Virus record (IMG/VR): IMGVR_UViG_3300047496_000172
Span: 42,579 to 106,578 of that record
Length of the DNA stretch: 64,000 nt
Reading direction: 5' to 3' (one strand)
From: a virus
The notes beneath the pieces were generated by a model. It worked only from the letters and a program-made list of their open reading frames with translations. It was not told the origin of the DNA and did no database searches. Position 1 is the first letter of the stretch. Every line of letters begins with the position of its first letter. A program made the translations under genes and the position numbers. Positions 9,623 through 18,990 of this stretch are shown here, piece by piece.

Positions 9623-10386
9623 TATGTTACCTCTAATTCAATATATCCAGAACCATCTTCAAGTTCATATTCGCCACTACCATCCTCCAATTCCATTCCA
9701 AATGATTCTAAGCTTGGAGCAATAGGAGTCCCATACAATCCTATATTTACCTTCCTCAAAAATAAATTAACATCTGAAACGGTATTGTTGGTGACACCCA
9801 ACATGTAATACGGTCCATCTTTGTCTTGACTCAATGCACTAATTGAAAAAGTTAAACTATCGACATCGATGATGGTATTCTGAGTATCTTGAATAACGGT
9901 TGAATTTCCTGCGGCCATTACTTGAACAACACCGGATTTTGTTGGTGAACTACCATCTATGTAAAAACCATGATATTCAAATTTTGCAGAAATTATATTT
10001 CCATCTAAACGAGTTGGAATGGCAAGAGTGTTACTATAATCTGAAAAAAGAATAGGACCACTATACAAACCCGGAATAACCGTAGGGACGAAGAAATCGT
10101 TTCTATTTTGATCCATATAAAATTGATTAAATAGTTGCTGATTTACTGGACTTGCTTCGGTCAAAACTTCAATATTTTGATACGGAAAAGTCGTTCTCTG
10201 ATAGTTTATATCTCCAACATTTGGAGTATGGCCTATAAACATTCTACCAGTGTCGGTCGAAAATGCAGGCTCTCCGACCGCCAAGGGTTTATTAAAAACG
10301 GGTGGAGAGGTTGAAATGGGTGAGCCAGGAAGTAAACTCTCTTTACCTCTTCTGAATTTTATTTTTCCAACCAAAATTATAGACAT
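9622..10386 (-). CDS. virion structural protein with Mtd-N-like GExAFxTDT domain
   Basis: FRRG.E..LPG, VGEPAFSTDTGR, FPYQNIEVLTE shared with 10434 and 12966 genes; late promoter. Confidence 0.7.
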   Translation of the reverse strand: MSIILVGKIKFRRGKESLLPGSPISTSPPVFNKPLAVGEPAFSTDTGRMFIGHTPNVGDINYQRTTFPYQNIEVLTEASPVNQQLFNQFYMDQNRNDFFVPTVIPGLYSGPILFSDYSNTLAIPTRLDGNIISAKFEYHGFYIDGSSPTKSGVVQVMAAGNSTVIQDTQNTIIDVDSLTFSISALSQDKDGPYYMLGVTNNTVSDVNLFLRKVNIGLYGTPIAPSLESFGMELEDGSGEYELEDGSGYIELEVT

Positions 10387-10433
10387 AGTGTATTTATGAT
10401 TGTTTAAATTTTATCATTAAATATAGAGGTAGT

Positions 10434-11462
10434 TCACGATATTACTATTCGTCTCATATATAGACTTATGTTGTTTAAAGTTAAATTTAAGATGTTCAAC
10501 ATATAATATGTGCCGCCTCCATCAGATTGAGCAGAACCTACTGAAAATTGTAAACTCGTGCTTCCATTCAATAAATTAAAGTCAGATACAGAACTTTGAT
10601 CGTATTGATTGGCTAAAATTCGTAAAGTGCCATTTTCCAATGGTGAATATGTCGAGCCTATAACTTTGAAAGCATGGTATTCGAATGCGGCAGAAACATT
10701 CGCTCCATAAATTTTGGAAGGAATAACTGGAATATCTGTTACATCGGAATATGTTATTGGGCCATTATAGTTTCCAGTTATTACAGTTGGAGGGAAAAAG
10801 GCATCTTGATTTTGATTTCTTACGAAATGATCGAATAATTCCTTCATTCTTGGAGAAGTCTCGGTCAAAACTTCTATATTTTGATATGGAAAAACAAGAC
10901 GATGATAATCTACATCGCCGGGTTTAGGGGTATGACCTATAAGGACTCGACTGGTATCCGTGGTGAAAGCCAATTCCCCGACATCCAAACTTTTTGGGAA
11001 AACTATTGGAGGAAATCCCTTTGGAACTCCTGGTAATTCTGCCTCGGTTCCTCTGCGAAATTGAGTTGATTTTACCGTAATTTGATTGGCGACGATGTTG
11101 TTTACGACTTGTGATATACCTGAACCAAAAACCGTAGAAACTCCGTGAGATGATCCTACTCCGGAATCATGAATAACAGTAGCATTAGCATCTCCTGATG
11201 CTACAGCAACACCATTACTTGTTCCATTAGCAAATTGATAGGTATTTAAAATTACATAAGCAACAACTTTTGAAATTCTTGTGAAGTCAGGTTGAAATCC
11301 GGTTGCAACATAGCCAACAGATTTATAAACGTGAATTTGTTCGTTATTACCATCAGGCGTAGTTACGGTATACCCTACAACTTTAGGGACTGTTAAAGTA
11401 TTTGATTGCGCTCCTTGGGCAGCATAACTTACTATTTTTGATGTTGAAATATAATCTACCAC
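10434..11462 (-). CDS. virion structural protein, paralog of 9622..10386 with extra N-terminal region
   Basis: FRRGTE, VGELAFTTDTSR, FPYQNIEVLTETSP. Confidence 0.7.
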   Translation of the reverse strand: MVDYISTSKIVSYAAQGAQSNTLTVPKVVGYTVTTPDGNNEQIHVYKSVGYVATGFQPDFTRISKVVAYVILNTYQFANGTSNGVAVASGDANATVIHDSGVGSSHGVSTVFGSGISQVVNNIVANQITVKSTQFRRGTEAELPGVPKGFPPIVFPKSLDVGELAFTTDTSRVLIGHTPKPGDVDYHRLVFPYQNIEVLTETSPRMKELFDHFVRNQNQDAFFPPTVITGNYNGPITYSDVTDIPVIPSKIYGANVSAAFEYHAFKVIGSTYSPLENGTLRILANQYDQSSVSDFNLLNGSTSLQFSVGSAQSDGGGTYYMLNILNLTLNNISLYMRRIVIS

Positions 11463-11471
11463 AATAATCCT

Positions 11472-11690
11472 TTAAGCTATGCTTTTTACTCCATATAATC
11501 CAGCAAGATCATCAGCTTGCCAAGCTACATTGGTATTTGGATTAATATTCCATACATTTTCTGTTGCTCTATAATCAGAACCTAAAGGAACAGAATTAGA
11601 AGTATATTCTGTTCCACCTTCGTAAATAGTATTATCAGATGGAACAAATGCTCCCATTTCACCGCCAGCAAAAATTATTGTATTAGGCAT
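11472..11690 (-). CDS. internally deleted paralog of 11709..12689
   Basis: About 24 N-terminal aa fused to about 48 C-terminal aa matching the neighbour; intact SD and frame. Confidence 0.75.
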   Translation of the reverse strand: MPNTIIFAGGEMGAFVPSDNTIYEGGTEYTSNSVPLGSDYRATENVWNINPNTNVAWQADDLAGLYGVKSIA

Positions 11691-11708
11691 ATATTCCTTT
11701 CTTTCCTT

Positions 11709-12689
11709 TTAGGCGACACTTACTACGCCATAATATAATCCAGCAAGATCAGAAGCTTGCCAAGCTACATTAGTATTTGGATTAATATTCCAAACATTTC
11801 CATTAGCTCTAAAATCAGTTCCTAAATCTACAGAATTTGAAGTATATTCTGTTCCTCCAACATTTAATTCTAATTGAAGATGCTGTGGACCATCTACACC
11901 ACAACTTGCTCTTGCCGTGACAGCCACGGCGATTATCTCACCATTCACTGACCCAGGTTGAGAAAAATTAGAAGTCAATCCTGCGGTATTTGCGGAAATA
12001 TAATTAGTATCATTGTAACTAATTTCATTTACATCAGTATAAGTTCCATTCCATTGATCTGTTAAGCCATTAGCTGTAATAGGAATAGTGGATAATTTAT
12101 AGCCAATCGTAGATTGTGTTGCTATTATAAGTTGGCTCCATTCTATCCACTGCCAATAACCGTCCTGAGGAACACCGTAAAGAAATATTTTAGATATGTT
12201 TGTTCCCGTAATATTAGCGGTATCGGTAGTCAGCAATGTTCCTTGAGAATAGAAAGAAGCCGCGCCGCTTGAACCCAGAGTTATATGGAAATCAAAATTT
12301 CCGCGACCAATTCCACGTTTATATGCTACATAACAAGAAGAACCAATTTGCACCCAAGATGATCCATTCCACCAAAACATCGCGATATAACTAAAAGAAT
12401 CTGTATTAATAGCAAATACTGGATTGTCAGAATCATCAACAAAAACTAGAGAATTTACGTTACTGCCGCCGCCCTGGACTGATACGGATAATTCACAATG
12501 AAACCAAAAATCTGTTAAATTTTCAAATTTATATGAACGTAAAAATGATGATGTGGCACCTTGTAGCCGCAATGCACATCTTGCATACGCGCTATCATAG
12601 CTAGCATCTGAAACCGCTTCATATGAACTGCTATCAGATGGAACGAAATTTCCCATTTCAGCACCGGCAAATATTATTGTATTAGGCAT
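11709..12689 (-). CDS. beta-rich virion/tail-associated protein
   Basis: S/T/G/N-rich; INPNTNVAW motif; late promoter and SD upstream. Confidence 0.65.
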   Translation of the reverse strand: MPNTIIFAGAEMGNFVPSDSSSYEAVSDASYDSAYARCALRLQGATSSFLRSYKFENLTDFWFHCELSVSVQGGGSNVNSLVFVDDSDNPVFAINTDSFSYIAMFWWNGSSWVQIGSSCYVAYKRGIGRGNFDFHITLGSSGAASFYSQGTLLTTDTANITGTNISKIFLYGVPQDGYWQWIEWSQLIIATQSTIGYKLSTIPITANGLTDQWNGTYTDVNEISYNDTNYISANTAGLTSNFSQPGSVNGEIIAVAVTARASCGVDGPQHLQLELNVGGTEYTSNSVDLGTDFRANGNVWNINPNTNVAWQASDLAGLYYGVVSVA

Positions 12690-12742
12690 ATCACAACTCC
12701 ATTAATAGTGTGTTATGTATTTATGTGTATCTCTACAATTTA

Positions 12743-12868
12743 TTAGGATACTGTTGGCGTGGTAATTATAGTTTTACGCATAAAAATAATTACAGTATTT
12801 CCATTATTTGAAACGTTTATGTTGAAATATTGATCATATATTCCTTCTATATATGAAGGTTTACTACA
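12743..12868 (-). pseudogene. orphan C-terminal fragment of the 9622/10434 family
   Basis: YFNINVSNNGNTVIIFMRKTII* resembles YYMLGVTNNTVSDVNLFLRK and YYMLNILNLTLNNISLYMRRIVIS*; no upstream start. Confidence 0.45.
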
Positions 12869-12965
12869 TCAATCCAATTTGCCAGAAGCCCATAATATAG
12901 ACGTCAAAACCATCCATCATAACTATAGCCATAATAATACTCCAAAAATATAAGGTATTTATCCG

Positions 12966-14066
12966 TTATAATGGAGGCGCGGAATCAGCGTTTGGTATAG
13001 ATGCGTTAGAATAATAGGTTGGGTTTGTATTACCATCAACATAGGGATATATTGCTAATAGTTGATAATATGATCCTTCTAAATTATTACCGGCTGTCGT
13101 ATTAAAATCTGGCGTTTGTTCAGGTAGAATTTGAAATTGAAACAAAGATGAAATAGGATCGCTTGGTCCCCAATTTACGGGGGTTGCACCGTTTACGGAA
13201 AAAAATGTGTCTCCTGTAGTAGAATTATATCCTAAAACAGTTCTAAAAACGGTTGTATTGGCTACTGATTGTGGATTGAAACCATTTCTAGTTAATCGAA
13301 AGGATGCAAGACAATTACCTTGAGACGATCTTCCTTGAGAGGTTATGACTAGATTATTACCGCCTCCCATAAATAAATCCCATTCAGCCGTGTTAGAATA
13401 ATCAGGTCCACCAAACCATTGATTATTGGTTATTTGGCAAACAAGCGTAAAACTACAATTTAACATGTATTCGGTTATAAAATCTTGTAAAAGAGTAGTT
13501 CCTAATATACCATTACCTTCGAAATTAACATCTGCTAATGTTCCTGATGGATTTAATACTGCGGCACCAATAGCAAAACCATTTGCGGTTTCTGAAAGAT
13601 TCCATGTTGTCTGATTTCCACCATAAAATCCAGAATTAGCGACAGGTGGTATAAAGAAATCGCTCATTGCATAAGTAGAACCATTAGCGGTATATACTCT
13701 GGATACTGAATTACAATAAAGTTCAGGCTCTATGGTTGGCGGCCCTGGTGGAGAAGGGGATGCCCCATCTATGAAAATTGGATTATAAAAAGCCGTGCGA
13801 TCTTGATTTCTTACTTGCTGACTAAAAATTTCTCTATTTCTTGGAGAAACTTCGGTAAGAATTTCGATTGCGGTTTGTGGAAATCGATCTCTATCAAAGT
13901 TTATATTGCCTGAGGAAGGATCGTGACCAATAACCAATCTTGCGGTATCGGTGGAAAACGCCATTTCACTTGAATTCAAAGAAGTAGTGACGACATTTGC
14001 TTGAACATCACTTTTCAATTTTATTCTATTTGTTGAAATAATCATCGAGCCATTCCCTTGTTTCAT
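12966..14066 (-). CDS. virion protein: family N-terminal domain, Pro linker, unrelated beta-rich domain (likely start 14045)
   Basis: EMAFSTDTARLVIGH..FPQTAIEILTEVSP followed by PSPPGPPT. Confidence 0.65.
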   Translation of the reverse strand: MKQGNGSMIISTNRIKLKSDVQANVVTTSLNSSEMAFSTDTARLVIGHDPSSGNINFDRDRFPQTAIEILTEVSPRNREIFSQQVRNQDRTAFYNPIFIDGASPSPPGPPTIEPELYCNSVSRVYTANGSTYAMSDFFIPPVANSGFYGGNQTTWNLSETANGFAIGAAVLNPSGTLADVNFEGNGILGTTLLQDFITEYMLNCSFTLVCQITNNQWFGGPDYSNTAEWDLFMGGGNNLVITSQGRSSQGNCLASFRLTRNGFNPQSVANTTVFRTVLGYNSTTGDTFFSVNGATPVNWGPSDPISSLFQFQILPEQTPDFNTTAGNNLEGSYYQLLAIYPYVDGNTNPTYYSNASIPNADSAPPL

Positions 14067-14117
14067 ATATTTATGAAATAGCTTGACGAATGAAATTTTT
14101 GTTGTATAAATTAAAAC

Positions 14118-14399
14118 TTGATAAGAAGGAGACTCATATTAATGTCTGAAAAGGTTGAATGGTTCGATTTGAATGACGCTCCTAAGGACGGAACATATGT
14201 TCGTCTTCGCATTTCGGCGATGACCACGATTTTGGATGATCATCCTGGAAGATTTCATTTCAAGACAGTCAAGGCTCGGTGGAGTCCTGGCAAAAGTGTT
14301 GATCCAAATGCTCAATGGTGGTCGCCACATTGGACCAGTGTAGATGGGAGTTGCTTCTACGATCTTCCAGAAAATTGGCGACCGATGACTTCGGCTTGA
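14118..14399 (+). CDS. hypothetical protein (APKDGT motif family)
   Basis: WFDLNDAPKDGT...WRPM; SD suggests start at the MSEK ATG. Confidence 0.6.
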   Translation: MIRRRLILMSEKVEWFDLNDAPKDGTYVRLRISAMTTILDDHPGRFHFKTVKARWSPGKSVDPNAQWWSPHWTSVDGSCFYDLPENWRPMTSA

Positions 14400-14456
14400 C
14401 AGCCTTTATATTTGTGATAAAGTAGTTTCATAAATTAGAGCATAAGGAGTTAAACT

Positions 14457-15026
14457 ATGAAGGCGAAGATCGAACGAACCGTTTCTCCCGAATATAGCCA
14501 TCGCCAGACCGAATATCGCGGTTTTGGGATCGTTCCTAAGAATGATTTCGGCCAAAGTGGATATCTTGTTCATGGTCATATGGTCACCGAAGGCTATATC
14601 GTGACGGAAAATGGTTGTAATGCCCTTCCAGGCGCCATGTGGGTGCTGACGGTCCAACAAGCCAAGGATGCGATTGATGATTTGCTCAAGGCTCGCGAAG
14701 ATGGCAATAGCGGAAGTGAACATCCTTTCCATAAGCGAAATCGCCTTCGCCGTTCGCTGAACAGTCGTTCGCTCGAACTGTTTGAAGCGGTCATCCATCA
14801 TCTGGAAGAAACCTATGATGCGACTGGTGGCCCTTCTCCGGAACTGGCCAAGGTTCTTCTTGGAATCATCGATGATTGCGATACGCGCACCACGATTACT
14901 CGGCGGATTGGGGAGTATGATCCGCAAATGATTGATATTTTCGCTCAGTATGGTCTCACTGGTTATCCGAGTTTGGGCGAAGGTCTTCGTTTTCTTAAAA
15001 TTGATAACAATGGCGATGGAGAATAA
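14457..15026 (+). CDS. hypothetical protein
   Basis: TTGACA promoter, SD AAGGAG, long ORF. Confidence 0.75.
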   Translation: MKAKIERTVSPEYSHRQTEYRGFGIVPKNDFGQSGYLVHGHMVTEGYIVTENGCNALPGAMWVLTVQQAKDAIDDLLKAREDGNSGSEHPFHKRNRLRRSLNSRSLELFEAVIHHLEETYDATGGPSPELAKVLLGIIDDCDTRTTITRRIGEYDPQMIDIFAQYGLTGYPSLGEGLRFLKIDNNGDGE

Positions 15027-15028
15027 AT

Positions 15029-15313
15029 ATGGCCACTCCTAAGGGTATTCTCGTCATTCTTATTGATCCTGAAGGTAAAGTTTGGGGTAAAGGCGCGGAC
15101 TTTGACACCTTTAAGGGTGGAGATTCGAACCTTAAGACGGCTCAAGAAAGACGTGCCAATATAGCGTTGGCTAAGGATTTTTTCCACAACACTTGTTCGC
15201 CTGTTGTCGGGGATATTCTTGCGAACGATTTTCAAGGATCGCAAATCATTCGGAGAATTCTGGAAAAGGGTTGGCGACTGGACACTACGGAGATTGGTTA
15301 TGAGGAGAATTAA
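15029..15313 (+). CDS. hypothetical protein
   Basis: Coupled to upstream gene; SD GGAG. Confidence 0.7.
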   Translation: MATPKGILVILIDPEGKVWGKGADFDTFKGGDSNLKTAQERRANIALAKDFFHNTCSPVVGDILANDFQGSQIIRRILEKGWRLDTTEIGYEEN

Positions 15314-15607
15314 AAATGATGTATGATGATTTGCCGGATGTACCGGATTTATTTTTTGTAAGTTTTGAAAATGATGATCCAGACATTGGATTTTTCCTTC
15401 AATTTTTTGGTGAAACGGCTGATGCAACGTTGGATGGTATTTCGTTCATGGTTGATGCTGAAAAATTGATGGCATCATTTTAGTAAACGAAGATAATTGA
15501 CACAAAAATATTTTAAATTTATGATCTGAATCTAACGAAAGGGATTTTATGAAAACGTTCGGATATTTTATGGTAGTCACTCTTATTATTGCGGCAATTC
15601 CACAATA

Positions 15608-15937
15608 ATGGACGCTTTGCGTAAAGCGGCACTTCTGACCCTAGAAGGGTTGGATGTGCCGAATACAAAGCAATATACTAATATTGCTGGTTATGATATT
15701 CAAATTAGAACTGAATGGGCCTTCACTAATCTTGTTTGGATGAAACAAACATGTATAGATAATATTGAAACTTTTCCAATTGATAAAATAAATCGTTGGA
15801 TTGGTTTCATACAAGGTGCCCTTGCTGCTCAAGGTATGCTTAATGTGTCCCAAGAGCGAGATCGCACTCGACCATTTTTTCATGCAGCGTATAAAGAATT
15901 GGAAATAAATATTCCAGATACCTTGACTAAACCTTAG
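15608..15937 (+). CDS. hypothetical phage protein
   Basis: DKINRWIGFIQG...ERDRTRP motif. Confidence 0.7.
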   Translation: MDALRKAALLTLEGLDVPNTKQYTNIAGYDIQIRTEWAFTNLVWMKQTCIDNIETFPIDKINRWIGFIQGALAAQGMLNVSQERDRTRPFFHAAYKELEINIPDTLTKP

Positions 15938-16200
15938 CTTATGTTAATATAAGTTTCCTATCCATTTGAGAGGAAATAATATGTTAAAATTTGGTAAGCG
16001 ATAATGGAACAGTCAGATATGCTCGCGAAATATAAACGCGAAAAAGAATCGGCTTATCGCAATTTTCGTCTTAATAAACGGTTCATGGCATTTGATATGA
16101 TAAAAATGAAAGGCGAACGATAATTCGTCAGTGGTTCAGAGATCGATTGAAAAATCTAAAAACTGCTTGACTTAACCTGATTTTTTTCGTAGATAAAAGA

Positions 16201-16335
16201 GGCCGGTCTTATGACTTAACAGAGACCTAAAATAAGTTAGTCCGGTTTTCCAAGGGTTCCGAGAAACCCGATGCTGTTGTTAGAAATAGTAACCATTCTT
16301 AAAAAAGCCCTCGACGTTGCCAACGTCGAGGGCTT
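16201..16335 (+). ncRNA. candidate small structured RNA
   Basis: TTGACT-N17-TAGATA promoter (16167..16195), no ORF, several stems, ends in a 15-bp-arm inverted repeat (16305..16335). Confidence 0.3.
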
Positions 16336-16384
16336 GACTATAATTAAATGTCAATTATAATGATCATAATAAAGGAGATTTATT

Positions 16385-17002
16385 ATGAAATTTGAAAAAC
16401 AACTTCTTGTTCTGCGCTCACACCTTATCGGAGCCAAATATTATAATGCTTTGTCCGCAATGGAATTCGCGGCGAAATATCACACTGGTATGCGTAAAGA
16501 TGGTGTGACTCATGAATTTTCACACCAAACGAGCATCGCCCTTCATGCGCTGACCCTTCCCGATCTCATGTTCCGCGAAGAAGTCATCGCGACGATTTTC
16601 CTGCATGATGTGCGTGAAGATTACGGGATCACAGACACCGAAGTTCGAAACCTCTTCAATGATGAAAAGTTCGCAGAGCGTGTTGCTCAAGCTGTTGAAC
16701 GGATGACTAAAGAATTCCGTGGTGTGAAATGTGATGAAGAAGAACTCTTCGCCATCATGGCTACCGATCCTATTGCCAGTATCGCCAAAGGTTGCGACAG
16801 AGTCCACAACTTCCAATCAATGGTTGGTGTGTTCACGAAGACCAAGCAACAGTCTTATATTGCGGAATGTAAGGCTCTTTTCTTCCCGATGCTTAAGACT
16901 GCTCGTAGAAACTTTCCACACCAAGTCATGGCTTATGAAAATATCAAGCATACTCTTCGAAGCCAAATCGAACTGATTGAAGCTATGCATGAGCATATGT
17001 AA
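16385..17002 (+). CDS. HD-domain hydrolase, RelA/SpoT-hydrolase (Mesh1/SAH)-like
   Basis: HTGMRKDG..H, LHDVRED, KGCDRVHN. Confidence 0.85.
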   Translation: MKFEKQLLVLRSHLIGAKYYNALSAMEFAAKYHTGMRKDGVTHEFSHQTSIALHALTLPDLMFREEVIATIFLHDVREDYGITDTEVRNLFNDEKFAERVAQAVERMTKEFRGVKCDEEELFAIMATDPIASIAKGCDRVHNFQSMVGVFTKTKQQSYIAECKALFFPMLKTARRNFPHQVMAYENIKHTLRSQIELIEAMHEHM

Positions 17003-17289
17003 TGAAAATAATGTTAGAACTCAGAATGAATAGAATCAATGTTGCGTTCGGTAACGGCAAATATTTACCTAATGGGTTGCCATTTGTTTTTAGTATAGAA
17101 GCTGATATTTTGGAAGTATTGCCTTGGCTTGTGGAACATGCTGGCCAAGAATTTCATACCCACGCTGCTTTTGAAGAGCGCGGATGGAGAATGCATTGGG
17201 TCGATTATGGAAAGGATCATGGTTATAATGCGCTATATTTTACACATGATGTTGATCTAATTCATTTTAAGATGCGATGGGTAGGTTAA
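17002..17289 (+). CDS. FKMRW-family protein
   Basis: LYFTHDVDLIHFKMRW. Confidence 0.7.
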   Translation: MKIMLELRMNRINVAFGNGKYLPNGLPFVFSIEADILEVLPWLVEHAGQEFHTHAAFEERGWRMHWVDYGKDHGYNALYFTHDVDLIHFKMRWVG

Positions 17290-17358
17290 AAAATAATAGA
17301 TTGACAAACTAAAAAAATTTGTTATACCAATTTTATCATTAGAACTTAACCAAAGGAT

Positions 17359-18132
17359 ATGAATATGGGTTTTTTCAGTGCGCTTCTGGGTGCAGAAGCG
17401 AAGCATGCTGTGCGAGCCGTAAGTGATCAGATCGTAGCGATGGACCCTTCGACAGCTTCGGCGGCCCAATTGCAAACGATGGAACAAGACCTTGATCGGG
17501 TCGGCAGGGAACTGGCCAAGTTCCAAGCGGAAGCTCTCCGCGAAAATGGCGAAGTCATTAAGATTCAAACTCAATATGATCGTCTTGTAGCCGCCGCCGC
17601 AAAGATGACTGCGGATTATGACGCGGAAACAGATGAAACTCGCAAGACAGGTTTGGGCATGAGCCTTTCGGGCCTCATGGAAACCTGCGAAAAGCTAAAG
17701 TCCGATCTTGCTACGGAAGCCCAACACAAGGCGGATGCTGACGCTCTGGTTGCTGAAACTGAATCGATCTACAAGGCCAAGGGCGCCGATGTTCTCACCG
17801 CCAGAAAGAACCTTGAAAGTGCGGCACGCGATATGGCCCGCGCTCAAGTTGAGAAGGAACATACCGGTATGATGGCGGAAAATGCCGCGCGTGTTGCCGG
17901 TCTTCGAAATAACGAAATCGACGGTCTGCATGGTGCGCTCGATGCCATGGCCCGCAAGACGGCGGACGCTAAGGCGGTGGCGGAAGCCAATCGTCTCAAG
18001 GTCCAAGTATTGTCACATGTTGACGCTGGTAGCGTTGACGACCCCAACGTGAAAGCGGCCTTGGCTGCTGTCTCGGGTGCTCCCAGCACGCAATCCTTTG
18101 CGGATCGTCTGGCTGCGCTGAAGTCCAAGTAA
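17359..18132 (+). CDS. PspA/IM30-like coiled-coil protein (YjfJ-like)
   Basis: MGFFSALL N-terminus, long Ala-rich coiled coil, DRLAALK end; operon context. Confidence 0.75.
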   Translation: MNMGFFSALLGAEAKHAVRAVSDQIVAMDPSTASAAQLQTMEQDLDRVGRELAKFQAEALRENGEVIKIQTQYDRLVAAAAKMTADYDAETDETRKTGLGMSLSGLMETCEKLKSDLATEAQHKADADALVAETESIYKAKGADVLTARKNLESAARDMARAQVEKEHTGMMAENAARVAGLRNNEIDGLHGALDAMARKTADAKAVAEANRLKVQVLSHVDAGSVDDPNVKAALAAVSGAPSTQSFADRLAALKSK

Positions 18133-18168
18133 ACCATCATCACTTAACAGAAAAGGAATTACATTAAA

Positions 18169-18936
18169 ATGATTAAGCGTAGTTTTATCGGTATTCTAGC
18201 AGTGGTGGGCATGCTTGCCTCCGCTTGTAGCCCGCAACCTCAACAGGTTTATCAGCAACCCGTCGCCGTTTCACAAGTCCAGCAAGTTCAGGCTCCACAG
18301 CCAAAGCTCTACAATTCGGTTCAAGACTGTCAGTCTGACCAGACGAACGTCAACCCTCAACTGTGCGCTACGGCTTTTGCTCAATCTCAAGCCCAACTGA
18401 CACATTATAATTCATATGCTTCTTGTTCGGCATATGGCTACAACGACTGCGTTGATCATGGTGGCTGGTTTGGTCCTATGATGACGGGCTTCATGCTCGG
18501 CGCCATGACCAACGGTTATTACGGTTCGCCGGTCTATGTTCTCCATGGTGGCTACTATGGCGGCGGTTATTACGGACATGCTCTGAATTATGGAGCCCCA
18601 ATTCGTGTCGGCGGCCATTATGTTCTCTCCCATGATGTTGTGGTTCATCAACACGTCTATGTGTCTCAACATGCGGCGCCAGCGGCTGTCGTAACTCGCG
18701 CCGGGTTCGGCGGTTCTCAGGTTGCCTCGGTTTCTGCGCCCCGTCCCTCTGTCGCGGCTCCTTCGGCGGCGGCGACTGTTCAACGCGGCGGGTTCGGCGG
18801 CGGCTTTGGTGGGGCGACGACGGTTAACAGCGGCTATCATGCTTCTCCTGCCTATGCGTCTTCTTATCGATCTTCGTCTTCGGGTTCATCCTATCACTCC
18901 TCGTTTTCTTCTAGCGGAAGCAGCCGTCGTCGTTAA
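18169..18936 (+). CDS. DUF1190 (YgiB/YjfM-like) lipoprotein
   Basis: Lipobox ASAC; YNSVQDC..C..Y.S...C...YG..C; PMMTGFMLG; RGGFGG; G/S tail. Confidence 0.85.
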   Translation: MIKRSFIGILAVVGMLASACSPQPQQVYQQPVAVSQVQQVQAPQPKLYNSVQDCQSDQTNVNPQLCATAFAQSQAQLTHYNSYASCSAYGYNDCVDHGGWFGPMMTGFMLGAMTNGYYGSPVYVLHGGYYGGGYYGHALNYGAPIRVGGHYVLSHDVVVHQHVYVSQHAAPAAVVTRAGFGGSQVASVSAPRPSVAAPSAAATVQRGGFGGGFGGATTVNSGYHASPAYASSYRSSSSGSSYHSSFSSSGSSRRR

Positions 18937-18942
18937 GAATCT

Positions 18943-18972
18943 AGGCGGGCAAGTCCCGCCTTCTTTCTTTTT
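18943..18972 (+). terminator. intrinsic terminator or attenuator
   Basis: aggcggg-caagt-cccgcct followed by a T-rich tail. Confidence 0.65.
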
Positions 18973-18990
18973 TACTGAAGGAAAAAACAA

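Noticed and set aside
11472-11860. DGR template/variable repeat pair
   Set aside because: Differences are not adenine-specific and there is no reverse transcriptase in the window
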